Shown here: positions 50,731-63,845 of the stretch, piece by piece | Layout of the letters: every line of letters starts with the position of its first letter | How positions within the stretch are numbered: the stretch's first letter is position 1 | Assembly: GCF_006345805.1 (NCBI RefSeq) | Contig: NC_043002.1 | Location: 87,048,001 to 87,112,000 of the forward strand | Direction: 5' to 3' | From: Octopus sinensis | Lineage: Eukaryota | DNA: 64,000 nt | The notes under the pieces: model-generated | Told to the model about the DNA's origin: nothing | The model's input: only the letters and a program-made list of their open reading frames with translations | The model's database searches: none | Position numbers and translations under genes: made by a program

Positions 50731-52049
50731 TTTGATTCTTTCAACTGCACGATTTTCACTAAGAAAAAAAAATAAAACTCGGACTTTTTGCGAGGAATCA
50801 AGTACTTATTAATGCTGCGAACTCCTTATTTTTGTTCGGAAAAAAGGGGTGTGGGAACCCGGCCCCCCCCCCATATCCCGGAATCATTGGATATTTCTTT
50901 TTTGTTGAATGAATTCCTGTGAATTCCTAATATGCTACAAAACTCTTTTGGGGTTCGGAAAACGGGGTGGGGTGAGGTGGAAGCCTCGGAAATTTCACCC
51001 ACACCCCCATCGATCTTTTCATCCGCACGATTTTCACTATGGAAAATAATAATAAAAAAAACTCGGATGTTTTTGCATGGAATCAAGTACCCTGACCTCC
51101 GAATATGCTGCAAACCCTTATTTTTGTTCGGAAATTTCGGCGCCAAATCTGGCGAAGGGAAAATCTATATTTAGCACCGAAATTTGTTTCATTTTTTCTG
51201 TGGAGAGAGAGAGAGAGAGCGGGGGGTGAGAGGGAGTGAGAGAGAAAGAGAGAGAGAGAGAAAAAGAAAGAGAGAGTGAGTGAGTGGGTAACGAAGTTTA
51301 TCTAAACATTGAATGGGTAACAATCTATCATATTAATACATCATTACACACCATCACCACCATCATCATTTAACACCTGCTTTCCATTCTGGCATGGGTT
51401 GGACGGTTTGACTGAGGACTGACAAGCCAGGAAAATTTATTCGGGATTATTGTATATATTATATCCAGTGATTTTAAGAGGTAGGAAAAATATATTTTAT
51501 TAATATTATACTTTACTCCGTTTCACTTATACATGGAAAATCTCTAACGTATTTTTATCTTATTTTAAGATGAATTTATCGTTTATCTCTTCACCCTTCG
51601 TTACCATTAACTTCTATAACCTCTGCATCTTCACTTATTCATTTCAAACTTCTTTGAATTTTCAATCTAAATATAATCCACACTCTCTCAAAAACGTATT
51701 TCTGCAAAATGTTATCTAAAATTATGGGTAAAGAAAGAAATAGCAAAAAATATTTGAAAATAGGGTTGGGGGTGAAATTTCCGAGGGTTTTACCCCACCC
51801 CACCTCGTTTTCCAGATCCCAAAAAGGATTTTGTAGCATATTAGATCACCAGAATTCATTCAACGAAAAAAAAAACAAAAATCCAGTGATTCCGGCACAT
51901 GCGGTGGGGTACCCGGTTCCGCACCCCCCCTTTTTTCCGAACAAAAATAAGGAGTTTGCAGCATATTAGGAGGTCACGGTACTTGATTCCACGCAAAAAA
52001 TCCGAGTTTTTTTTTTTTAGTGAAAATCATGCGGTCGAAAGGATCAAAA
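50731..52049. mobile_element. Foldback-like element with ~280-bp inverted arms and an internal direct subrepeat
   Basis: 50731-51005 is the reverse complement of 51762-52049. 51012-51135 directly repeats the start of the left arm. Confidence 0.7.
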
Positions 52050-52114
52050 TTTACCTATAATTTTTCTTTCATTTTCATTCATTCCACTTCCTTTCACTTT
52101 GTTATCAATTATTA

Positions 52115-52497
52115 TCTCTCTCTGTATAAACGGCAGTTTGTCTGTGCGTGTTTCTGTGTGTCTGTTTGCTTGTACCCTCACCCTGACCACGGCTTTCAAC
52201 CGATTCTGATGAAACTTGACACACACATAGCCCAATGTCATAATTCAAAACTAACGCACCGAAAATTTTGAAAAGTTCCCCCAGTTCTGAAAAAATCGAT
52301 AAATTCGACATGGGGTCGAGAATCAGAAACACAAACCGCAAACTGTCTAGGGGACGCAACTCCACCGTTTTTTACTCTCAAAAAAAATTTACCATCATTT
52401 TTTTCCATTTTTTTGCTATTTTTTGGCTATAACTCTCTAAAAATGCTTTATAGTTATTTTCCTTACAAACCTGAGCAACGCCGGGCGATACTGCTAG
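52115..52497 (+). mobile_element. Non-autonomous Helitron (383 bp)
   Basis: A|TC start, CTAG|T end, subterminal hairpin cctgagcaacgccggg, no TSD. Confidence 0.85.
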
Positions 52498-54261
52498 TGT
52501 GTCCATAAACGGAGGGTTGCTAAATTTCATTTCACAAACCGTTTCGTTTACATTTTATTTTAAAACATTTTCGTTTACGTTTATTCGTGTTTTAATATTT
52601 TTCCTTCGATAACCGTGTTGATGTTTCCGTTCTAAATTTTCCTTGCATGTCATTGAGAATACTTCGCTTTAAATACTCTGTGAGATAATTATTTCACAGT
52701 GTATTGTTTATAGTCTTACATTTAAACTATCTCTACAAATTTTATTGTTTTCATGTTCCACATAAATCTTCTTAAATATAATACCCGTTTATTAGAATTT
52801 CTCTCTATTTTACTTTCATACATACACTCAAAGTTAACGTTTTAATAAACGTCCTTCACGTTATCAATAATTTCATGTATACCGTCTGAAATTTACCGTT
52901 TCCTTTCAAATTGCTTTCATGATATCAATACATTTCATTCAATATCCATTTATTACCGTTTGTCTCATACATTTTCCATGTGTGTCCTTAGCATTTATAA
53001 ATTTGTTTAAGAATCATTGCTTTCAGGTTCTCCATACTTTTTCGTTCATATAACAACCTCTCCCTTATACTTTCATTCACTTTCACTTTAATATTAACTT
53101 CTCAATATATCGTTTCACGTCTGCAATTTCACAAATGATATAACTTCCATTACGGATTATTGTTTTCAAATTTTCCATAATTTATCTTCAATATAATAAA
53201 AGCTTACTTCATACATTCTTCAGATATATCTTTACTAATAAATCCTTCCAAACAGTTCCTGTCTGCCATTGCAGTATACACATTCGTTTTCATTAAAGAC
53301 GACCAGTAAAACTTTGCAATTCATGAGTTTGACATAAAAGTCTCACTTTTCCATATTCCACGTTTTGGCACTACAAACAAAATGGCACTGTAGTTTTAAT
53401 ACTTCTTTTCGATTGTCGACGTTACACTTTCAGCTTTCGCTTTCCAATATTTCAATGTTAAGTGCTATAAACAGGAAGTTACTTCAGTTTCAATTTAGGA
53501 ATAAGAAACATGTAACAATATTTCTCAATCAAAGAAGACAACAATGTCAGCCAGTGTGAAGAGACATCACATAATGGAAGGGAAATGTATCTATCTAGCT
53601 TATACACTCAAGAGGGGGAAAAAGCCTCAACTAAATAAAGAAAAGAAAAAGACAGAAGTCAGAAATGTTTAGGGTCATCAAAACAAATAAGAAATTCCTA
53701 GAAAGCAAAATTTCTCTATTTCCTTTACAATCAACTAAAAGGTTCTCAATAATCAACAACGGTTATAGCTCGTGGTTTCGTTTCTACATTAGATGTCATA
53801 CACACTAAGCCGTCGCCAATTTCTTCTGTTGACACTGACAATCATTGTCTGAACATCGAAAATTACAACGACTTTGTGAAACAGTATTAACAAGGTGGAA
53901 ACACATCTTCAACATCAGACAGTTGGGATTTCTATGTTTATTAAATCCAGAGTGGTTAGAGTCATTGCATCTCTTGTAAAATCGTTTTATCACAAGCGCA
54001 TACCAGCACTTCATATATTTCCGCAAGAAACGTAAGAAATAGACATTAAGCAACATGTCCGTCATATGTAAAAGCAAATGCTAGTGCAATGCCAATGCAA
54101 TGTCAGTAAATATATTATATTCAAGATAATATATTTATTTCAATGTTATATACGCAAGGCTCAATATTAGAATAGAGCATTGTAGTAGTATGGTCTAGTA
54201 TACATGAAAGAAAAAACATCGTAGTGTGCAAACATATATACATACATGCATATATATATAT

Positions 54262-54293
<32 letters not shown>

Positions 54294-54318
54294 ATATATA
54301 TATATATACATATATATA

Positions 54319-54442
54319 GGGAGAGTTTACGAAAAAAACTAAAGAAGGCAGGTGGTGTACAAAACAAACAGATGTATTAGTATAACGCTCTTCTACAGAA
54401 AGGGAAACAGAAAAAACAAGGAGAGAAACAAGGAGAGAAAGG
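54319..54442 (-). mobile_element. Family B hammerhead module with most of the ribozyme deleted
   Basis: Aligns to 56616-56782 except for 39 bp lost between two acgctc hexamers. Confidence 0.75.
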
Positions 54443-54830
54443 CTATATTTGATAGTTTTCGCAAAAGGTAAAGAAAACAATATCCTACCCAAAAATGAAG
54501 CATTTAAAAAAATAAAAAAATATCAGCTAGATTATAGCTGGGAGATAATAGTTTATAACAAGTAGCTGCTCTCGGCCTCCACTATGGCTTCAAGACGGCT
54601 ACGGAACCTGGCGCATGCGTTCCTCGCTGTGTTCTTGGGAATATCTTTGAACACCTCCTTGATCTTGGCCACCAGATCGGCCTTGTATAGCAAGTAAGGA
54701 GCAGTTGATGTCTTACTCAACCGCAACACACATAGGACTAAAATTCAGAGAATTAGGAAGCCAGAAATTGAGAGTGCTGAAGTCGTAGAAGTTTTCCGAC
54801 AATCACTTTTGACTTTCCAGAGGATGTGTG
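54443..54830 (-). mobile_element. Second maT-like transposon 3' fragment
   Basis: Aligns to 10911-11290 (gaacctggcgcatgcgtt...ccttgatcttggccaccagat). Confidence 0.8.
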
Positions 54831-55027
54831 TGTGTGTGTGTACATAGTTTCGGGTGATTTTATGCTATCAAACAGTGGGAAAGTATATCGTCAAAAATTC
54901 TAACATCTATTTCAATATTTATTATAGTCCTCTCCAACAAGTCGAATATCATTTCATTTTAATTATTTATTTTTGTCTGAACGAAGAGGCAGTGTCTATT
55001 ACTCTATCAGGTTTTACGAAAACAAAG

Positions 55028-55364
55028 ACGGCGAGCTGGCAGAAACGTTAGCACGCCGGGCAAAATGCTTCGCGGTATTTCGTCTGCCGCTACGTTCTGA
55101 GTTCAAATTCCGCCGAGGTCGACTTTGCCCTTCATCCTTTCGGGGTCGATTAAATAACTACCAGTTACGCACTGGGTCGATGTAATTGACTTAATCCGTT
55201 TGTCTGTCCTTGTTTGTCCCCTCTCTGTTTAGCTCCTTGTGGGTAGTAAAGAAATAGGTATTTCGTCTGACGTTACGTTCTGAGTTCAAATTCCGCCGAG
55301 GTCGACTTTGCCTTTCATCCTTTCGGGGTCGATTGTGGGTAGTAAAGAAATAGGTATTTCGTCT
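55028..55364 (+). mobile_element. S3 SINE concatemer (head + body + deleted body + start of a third body)
   Basis: Junction gaaataGGTAtttcgtct occurs at 55257 and 55353. Confidence 0.88.
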
Positions 55365-55366
55365 TT

Positions 55367-55533
55367 CTTGTGGTGAAAGAGTACAGCAGGGTTCGCCACC
55401 ACATCCTACTGGAGCCTCGTGGAGCTTTGGGTGTTTTCGCTCAATAAACACTTACAACGCCCGATCTGGGAATCGAAACCGTGATCCTACAATTGCGAGT
55501 CTACTGCCATAACCACTGGGCCATTGCGCCTCC
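55367..55533 (-). mobile_element. S1b SINE 5' half
   Basis: Head ggaggcgcaatggcccagtggtta...ggtttcgattccc. Confidence 0.8.
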
Positions 55534-55855
55534 TGTTACTTTATTTGGAGGTGCGCATGGTTGCAAACAATTGAAGCTGTGAAAATGTTATTTTTTTCTC
55601 TCTCTAAGCTCACAATATGCTACTTTCAAATTAGTTTGAGCTGCAGCTTTACTATAAGAATTTATCCTTGTGATGGACTGAAGCGATAAAATACTTTTTC
55701 AAGCTTTCATTTTTTTTTTGTTCATGATGTAGCTTTCTTGTTAGATGAAAATAATGAAATGAATGTTATATTCAGTTTCTGTTTCTTCCAAGAATGTTCG
55801 AAAGACATGATGACATCTGACTATGTATGTAGACACACACACACACAAACACACA

Positions 55856-55911
<56 letters not shown>

Positions 55912-55914
55912 AAT

Positions 55915-56105
55915 AGGTTTGTTTTGTTCCCCGCCACCGCTTAACAACTGATGTTGGTTTGTTTACGTTCCCCTAACTTAACGGCTCAGCCAAAGAGGCA
56001 GATAGAGTAAGTACCAGGCTTTAAAGATAAGAACTGCGCTCAATTTATTCTACTAAACCTTTCAATGTGGTGCCCCAGCATTGCCGTGGTCCAATGACAA
56101 ATAAA
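55915..56105 (+). mobile_element. SINE S4 3' half
   Basis: tttgttccccgccaccgcttaacaac...gtggtccaatgac. Confidence 0.75.
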
Positions 56106-56615
56106 AAAAAAAGATTCATTATTTGAGTAAGGTTTGATTTAGAAGATATTTGGTCGCTAATTCTAGAATGGCAAACTACTGAATAGAATTTCAATAATAC
56201 TTAATTAGGTACTTTAATTTCGGCACAGATGAAATGTCTTGTAATTTCTAATTTCAAGAAAAAATTTTAAAACGACTGAAAAAACGGAGATTTAGATATT
56301 GAGAAATATAAATCAAATTAATATACTGATTGAATGGGATGAGAAAAATCTTTAGGCAGCAAACCGTAATGGTGGCTGTGATGGTGATGGTAATGGTGAT
56401 GATGGGGAAGTAATAAAGGAACAACAGGATTTAATCAGTAATGTAATAAAATACCAAATTCATGTGACACCTTCTATGTCTCTCTCTTAAGTTGAGTCAA
56501 CATGAAATGTATGGGTATGATTGCAATGTACATACATAACAACATACATTGAAATAATTGGGGAAAAAATCAAACACACCCATACATACATTTATGTATA
56601 TGGGTTTATATATAT

Positions 56616-56782
56616 GGGAAGAATTCACGAAAAAAAAAACAAAAGACGAAAACAAACAGAAAACAAACATGTATTAGTATAACGCTCGGGAATTGAAAAA
56701 GTCTTTTACGTTTCGAGCCTACGCTCTTCTACAGAAAGGAGAGAAAAAAAATGTGTGTAGTGGCTACCGATCTATCATGGCG
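56616..56782 (-). mobile_element. Short hammerhead-bearing repeat, family B (motif at 56703-56738)
   Basis: CTTT-CTGTAGA-a-GAGC/gtag/GCTC-GAA-ACGT-A^AAAG. Confidence 0.7.
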
Positions 56783-57071
56783 TTTGCCGGACAGAAGGGT
56801 TATATATATATATATATACAAAATTAAGAGGAATGACCACTAATGTGAACACCTAATATGCTAAACATAGACGTCAAATCGCCATTACCACGAAGAATGT
56901 GTTCTCAAGTAAAATCTCAGCAAAACGCCAAAATGTAAAAATGTAATTTTTTAAATATGCTAAGTCACTGGTTTTAATTGATTAATATCAATTTCTACCC
57001 TTATCATTTAATTTTATATATGCATATATATATATACTTTTATTTGTTTCAGTCATTTGACTATGGCGACA

Positions 57072-57121
57072 GTTTCATATGACATCGCTAGAAAAAACTG
57101 CCGTTCAAACCGAAAAGATCC
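57072..57121 (-). mobile_element. GGATC-MITE terminal fragment
   Basis: tttcatatgacatcgctagaaaaaactgccgttcaaaccgaaaagatcc. Confidence 0.8.
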
Positions 57122-58184
57122 AACATTTCTCCCAGTCGCCGCCTTTCAACGTGCACTTATTCTATCAACCCCGAAAGATGAAAGGTAATGTCGACTTGGG
57201 CGGAATTTGAACTCGGAGCATAAAGATTCCAAAGCTACCCAAGTTTAATGATTTAGTAAAAAATATTATCATTTAAGAACGTGGGAGAATATCAGGAAGA
57301 CTCAATAGATAAAATATCAAACTGTCGCCATCCATTATCTCAACCTGATTTATTCTGTAATATAACTTATCAGTTACCGAACAACACAAATAAAAATTGT
57401 ATTGGCCGGGTATGAGTCACGTTCCTTTTAATTGTATATAATCAAGAACAGGTTGCATGAGAATTGTCGTTATGTTGTCGGAGAACAATATATTTCTTGA
57501 AGAACAATAAATTATACCCCATTATATATTTCAATGTTAAAAATTATCAGATCGGGAATAAGGTAAAATATTTGAGTCAGTTTTCAAAAAGCACAATTCC
57601 TTTTCAAGGATCTATCAACCATTAAGAATTTGTAATTTATGGAAGCAACCAGGATATTGAACAGCAAAAACATCTAAATGTGTTAATTTTTTTATTTTAT
57701 TAAATTTTATTTATCGAGTTTTAAAATATCTTTGTTTAATCTGAAATACGGCCTTCATCCTTTATACTAGAGGTATAAATAAGAAGACCGTCGTGTATAC
57801 ACGCGCACACTCACACACACATAGATGTATATGTTTGTATGTACGTGTATGTGTGTGTGTGTGTGTGTATGTGTATATATGTATATATGTGTGCGCGCGC
57901 GCACATATGTAAGCATGTATGTGTGTGTGTACGTGAATGTGTGTATTTTTATGTTTGATTCTCTCACTACAATTTGACAGCTGTTTTTCTTTTTACATCC
58001 CCATAATCAATCGGTTTACAAAAAAGCGACCTAAGTTCAAAAAGAAACATTGGGGCTGATTTGATCGGCTGTACACTTCGACGACCGATCAATGTCCACT
58101 GTCCAATCACTGAAACCAGTTGGGGAGTTAAACAGACATAGGCATCCACCCCAACCTCCACACATACGCAAATCCTCATTACTG

Positions 58185-58625
58185 GATCCGCCAGGATTGC
58201 AAACTTTCACTCCTTCTCTTCCTGCTCGCAGTTGATTTACTGATAAAGAAGGTAGCCGCGGGGAAGAATGGGTTCAGAATTAGCTGTGAAAGGACCAAGC
58301 TGATGCAGATAAATGCCACGGTCCAACATTCCATCCTCACCAACCAGCAGATTGAGTAAGATGCGAACAATTTCTTTAACCCGAGTAATGAGATCGGTAG
58401 TGATGAAAAATGGAAAGCCATGTAAACGGAAAAATTGAAAAGCAGGACCAGTATTCCAATGTATACTTCAAGTCTGGGTCAACAACATGCATCAGTACTA
58501 ACATAACAGTCGGACTATATGCTGCAATAGTTCTGCTTGTGGTTCTGTATGGTTGCGAAACATGGGAAATATCGGCGAATGTAACCAAGAAGATGGACAC
58601 AATCTATCAACGATCATCGTAATCA
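58185..58625 (+). mobile_element. RTE-clade LINE RT fragment lacking the YADD segment
   Basis: RQDCKLSLLLFLLAVD is joined to GFRISCERTKLM; downstream LYAAIVLLVVLYGCETW. Confidence 0.7.
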
Positions 58626-59439
58626 CTTGGCGAAATTAGATTACTTAAGTCCATCGGCGACTTTTCTCAACTGTTCTCGACTCTGGGCTGTCTCTTCTGT
58701 TTCTAATCCTTGTTAGATCCCTCCTTGCAATTTCTTTTCGGATTTTGCTGCACCGTGTCATGTTGCTCTGAGGAAAGGCTTTCCTCACCCAGGTCTTGTT
58801 GATTTTGAATTCCAGTCAATGCTTCTGTAACTTTGTTTTGTTTTTCTTTCCTCAGGTAAGGATGTTGGCCCTATGCAAATCTATATTTTTTATATTTCTG
58901 TAAGGAGATGGGGTCTATATTAATGTGACTTATTGACTTCTATTCTTTGACCTATCTAGCAACTTGAACTTCGCTAGCACAGCACTCTGGGTCATCGAAG
59001 CACACAAGCCACTACACCACAATAAGGACTGGACCTTGTGGTGAGAAATAGAATTAGAAACGAGGAAATCCATCAACGAAGCAAATCTTAGCTTCTTCAA
59101 AACATCGTCGCATTGTGTTGGCTTCGCTCGACATGTCACATTTCGCATCGGTCACTCACTGGGCCTGCAATAGATCTCATTCAACTGAAAGATAGAAGAC
59201 CGGAGGGCATCCACAGATTAAGTGAGATGCCCAAATTAATAGACCCACCGCCGGAAACCGAGGAAGAAAGAGAAAAAAACAAGAAAGAGAGGAGTTCAGT
59301 AATACTAAGAACGATCCCTCCTTCGCCTATTAAAAGCAGGTAAGTTCCTGATCCCACTTTTGCGTTTGGATGTCTGTATTGAACGTGGCCTGAGTTCAAA
59401 GTGAAAGCAAGCTTATTTCCGCGACGACCTCGGGTCACA

Positions 59440-62400
59440 TATCACATATGTAATGGTCGCTACTGAGACCAAGCTGGCCAGACTACAAGCCTTCTCGGCA
59501 CTCTGAATGGCTATGAGAAAATCATGTCCTCTAGCCAAACCGGAGGCCGGGGAGGGGTATGGTCTTGTTCCGAAAAAGCTTGGCTCTGCAGACAAGTACA
59601 ATCTTTGTAGACCCAGAAGGTGGGCTGGTCATTCTCGACTTGAAGTACAGAGATAAGTCTTTCAGGTTGGTAAGCATTTATGCGCCGAGATATAAAAACA
59701 GACTGATTTCCATCGACTCCTAGAGAATTTTCTTGTAAAATCGAAGACATTAGTGGTGTTAGGAGATTTTAAAGCAATTCCGGATGCACGCTAAGATTGT
59801 GTTAGCTCAATTCATTGGAAGAAAAACTTACGCCTCACCGATCTGCTTAAGCGGTATTCATAGGAGTAAACTTACGCCTCACCGATCTGCTTAAGCGGTA
59901 TTCATAGGAGTAAACTTACGCCTCACCGATCTGCTTAAGCGGTTTCAGCTGGCGGATCATTACAGACTTGATCAACCGAGCGTCCCAGTGTAGACCTGGA
60001 GTAACAGCGACAGGTCGTTCAGATTTTATATAGACAGAATAAAAGTTCGTACTAGAGATAAGTCTAGTTTTAATTATCCACAGTGTGTTCTAGTTTCCTA
60101 CACGGATCTCAAACTAGTGACATGTAGGATGAACATAGATAGAATTACTTAGACAGGGATCCGTCTATTGGAAGCTAAACAAGATTATTTTGTCTTATGA
60201 AGCATACCGTAGTCGGATTAAGGAGTTAGTTATGAGGGCATTAAATGCCACTGTATTGAATAACAGGTGGTGGTTTGCCCTCAAACGAGCCATTCGACTT
60301 GTGTCGATTAGATTTAGCCAGGCGCTAAGTTCAGATAGGATTAGAGTAGAAAGGGATCTAGTTAAGAACTTAGAAGAGGCGTTAAGATTGGGCTCTGCAT
60401 CCCAAGTTTTGACAGCGAGATCGGCCTTGGACCAACACGTCAAAGCCAAACACGAGGGGTATAGATTTCAGGCTAAAATACGTGCATTAGGCCGTGAGGG
60501 ATTTAGCGTTGCCGGGTGGGCCCGCACGGTAGAGACCCAGCATGGCAATGATGCCACAATTGGGATTTTGGTCGATGAACAAGAGTGTTTGATCATCGAA
60601 AGACAAGATGAGATGCGTGAGGTCTTTTACAAGCACTTTGCCGAGTTGTTCGGGAGGAGTGAGGCGCTGGACTATTGCGAGCCCCTTCGGGACTTTTTGG
60701 CTAGTGGTCCGCATCTTTCGGCACAAGAGGCTGACTGCTGTGAAGTACCGCTCATGGCTGAGCAGGTCATGGAGGTACTGTCCGAGTTCCCTTCGGGGGA
60801 GGTCACCGGGACTTGATGGTCTGCTCTGTGAGATTTTCAAAAGTATGCCGGACTTGTTCGTTTACCTACTGCCAGCGTTTATGCCAACTGGCAGCAGAAT
60901 GGGAGAATTCCTAAGGCTAGGAGCCGGGGGATGGGTGACGCTGATCAGAAAGGACTCGAACAAGGGGAACATTATTAGTAACTTTAGGTCCATAACTCTG
61001 TTAAACACAGAGTTAAAGATTTTGACCAAGGTGCTAGCAAAGATGTGGGCGCGGGTCGCGGGTAGCCTTGTTAGGAAGGCGCAAACATGCACCATCCCAG
61101 CAGGACATAACACGACAATCTCCACCTCATACGCTACACCTCAGAGCGGGTGGGTAAAATTTCTGGCAAAGGTGGAACACTGGTACATTTACACCAGTCT
61201 AAAGCATTCGATAAGGTTGACCGTCAGCACCTGGCGGCGGTTCATGGGCAGCTGGGCTGGACCCGACTTTCCGCGGCTGGATCGCTGCTCTGTACAGCAA
61301 CAGCGAGTCTATCGTCCGGTTGAACGGTTTCTTTTCGAAACCGTTCGACATCGAGTGCTCTGTTCGCCAGGGATGTCCCCTGCATCCGCTTTTGTATGTG
61401 TTGGCCCTTGAGCCATTACTGCCAAGGCTGGAGGCTTTAGGGGGCATTTCTAAGCTATGAAAGAACTGCAACCGCATATGCGGATGACACCACGATCATC
61501 GTGTCGGATGAAAGGAAGCTACCTTGAGTAGAAAACGCCATCAAAAAATACAAAGAGGTGACAGGAGCAAAAATTAACCAGGGTAAGCCAGTCGGCTTGT
61601 AACTCGGCACTTGGAGGGGAAAGTCGATGCTGTCTAATAACGTCGTGGGACGTTGGACGGAATGTCTGGTTAAAATGCTAGGGGTCTGGTTTGGTCCGGA
61701 TCTCCAGGTAGAGAAGAATTGGAGTGAGGTCACAAGCAAAGTAACTGTCCTAACCCAGATTTGGTCTGGAAGGACGTTATCGCTGCTAGAGAGGGCGGAG
61801 GTGGCGCAGATGTACATATCATCTGTTATCCCTTACTGCCTGACCGTCGTGCCTTGCCCCGATTCGTGGCTGAGCAAGTTGGAGCGTCTCCTCTTCCGCT
61901 TTTGTGGAGAGGGGCACCACTTGTAAGGCGCTCTATCTGCTGCCAAAAGCCGTAGAAGAGTAGGCTAGGAATGCCGTGCCAGAAGATGTGCAAGTTTGCG
62001 CTAAAACTTAGGCACCTCTGGCTCCACCTGGATGGTGAACAAGTGTGGTCACCGCTCGTGAAGTTTTTCTTACTGCAACTAACCTCCCTTCAGAAGTTAG
62101 GTCCTTGGATCAAGCGGAAACCCAGACTAGGTGATTGGCAATAGCGGCATCAGCAGGTCCACCGCGGACTTCAATAGCGGGTTGGTAGAGTTCATGTCAG
62201 AGGGAGATTCTGGGCTTCCATAGAAATCAGTTAACCAACCTGTTCGAAAGAACTTTCGGGTCAGGGTATCTGGATAATTACCAGAAATCCCTAACCTGGT
62301 TGTGTTGTCGATCCGCCTTACCTGTTCGAGAGAGGTTGCCAAAGCACGGTTGTGCCATCCCACCAACCTGTCTGAAGTGCAGACAGGACAGTGAAACTGT

Positions 62401-62700
62401 CCTGCACGCCTTCGTACAGTATGCGGAAATTAGGGAATTGGTAACCTATATCGAGTAGCTGTCATCAACGACAGAAAGAATACAACTATTAGCTGAATCT
62501 ATTATTAAGATTGTGCCGCATTCCTCCCTGAATAGGGAAAGGAGGGCTTGTTTCCTCTGCACAGAGGCCATGCTGAAAGAGACAGTATGGAGCACACGTA
62601 TGAAAGGGATCGCGACAGGTACCTTCACCCCCGGCCGGGGGCTAGTTAGCTATTTTAACTACCACCTCCGAAGTAAAATCCGGCTCGAGGGAAGATACCT
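59440..62700 (+). mobile_element. Tx1/L1-clade LINE ORF2 pseudogene (APE + RT + CCHC); possible ORF1 remnant at 58900-59340
   Basis: APE: EGGLVILDL...RLVSIYAP, YWKLN. RT: RSPGLDGL, NFRSITLLNTELKILTKVLA, SVRQGCPLHPLLY, AYADD at 61474-61488. CLKCRQDSETVLHAF. Many stops and frameshifts. Confidence 0.92.
59824..59943 (+). repeat. Tandem 44-bp repeat (2.7 copies) inside the Tx1 endonuclease region
   Basis: aaacttacgcctcaccgatctgcttaagcggt three times, with identical attcataggagt spacers. Confidence 0.95.
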
Positions 62701-62709
62701 GTCGCATAG

Positions 62710-63845
62710 AACGTTTGATACACGATGGACGACAGTCGTAAGAAAGTTGCGAATGAATGGAAATGGCTAAGTGCAGCCATCAGTACTTATATCAACATTT
62801 GGGCTAACATTAAATACATGCCCAAAGAAGTTGCACGACTCTACAGCAACGTATCCTCAGATGAAAGGATGAGCATATATCAGCAGAAAACCATGCATAA
62901 ATATGTTAGCAGAAAGCTCTGGGATGGTAGTAACATCGATCATCAAAGCAGTCTATCATGGACCAACAACCGGATTACCAACTTCTACTTTGAAGGGTAT
63001 GCGTTTGCAATCTAGGAACCAGAAATATCAACCAAATAACTGATGCACAAAAGGGACAGAGACACAGGAAAAACTGCAAAATGTGATAAGTGATGCAGAT
63101 TTTGTGGAGTTAACACCGAAGATATCACCTACATCATAAGCAGTTGTCCGAAAATGTCATCACGGTATTATCTACCGATGAGACATGATGTTGTAGCTAG
63201 GACATTATATAATGAGATCCGTCGGAAGGATAAACCCGAGGTCAAAGAAATAAGAACCTACAATATTATCCACCCATATTGTGGAGTACTGGTGGAATGT
63301 CCTAGTGAAAACCTCAATAATATGTAAGCATAATAGACCTGACATAATGATTTGGGATGAGAAGAGAAACTGTGTGCAGTTATGGAAATCAGCAGCCCAG
63401 CGGATACTAATATAAAGCTAAAGGTCAGCGAAAAAGAAAATACCTATGCTGAACTATTGAGGAATCTACAGCAACACTATCCAGATCACGAGTTCAGATT
63501 TATACCTGTAATTATTGGAGCACTGAGATATGTAACACACTGCCTAAATACCAAGCTTGAGAAATTAGGCTTCTCAAAACCAGAAAGGAGAAAGCTGATT
63601 CGAAGACTATAGATCCATCACTGGAACTGTAAAAATCTGTAAAACTTTGCAGAAGTTTATCATTTAAGTATATATGAGCATGTCTAGATATGCAAGTATA
63701 TGCACGAGAATTCATATATAAAACAAAACATATAAATCTGCACTTATACATACATACAAAAATACCCTGTTGATGTTGTTGAAATTCCAATGAAGGAGTC
63801 TTGGATCTAGGTTAGAAACCGGCTCTTACTCTATAGGCAAGAAAT
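62710..63845 (+). mobile_element. R4/Dong-type LINE 3' portion with CCHC finger and restriction-like endonuclease
   Basis: EGYAFAI*E, CRFCGVNTEDITYIISSCP, RHDVVARTLY, RPDIMIWD, EISSPAD...EKENTY and IPVIIGAL, followed by a 3' UTR and (TATG)n. Confidence 0.85.

Noticed and set aside
53805-54077. 90-aa Cys-containing minus-strand ORF
   Set aside because: No recognisable motif, signal peptide or clear splice pair. It is compatible with chance in AT-rich DNA.
59824-59943. CRISPR-like 32-bp repeats with spacers
   Set aside because: The spacers are identical and only 12 bp, the context is eukaryotic, and the array lies inside a LINE. It is a tandem duplication.
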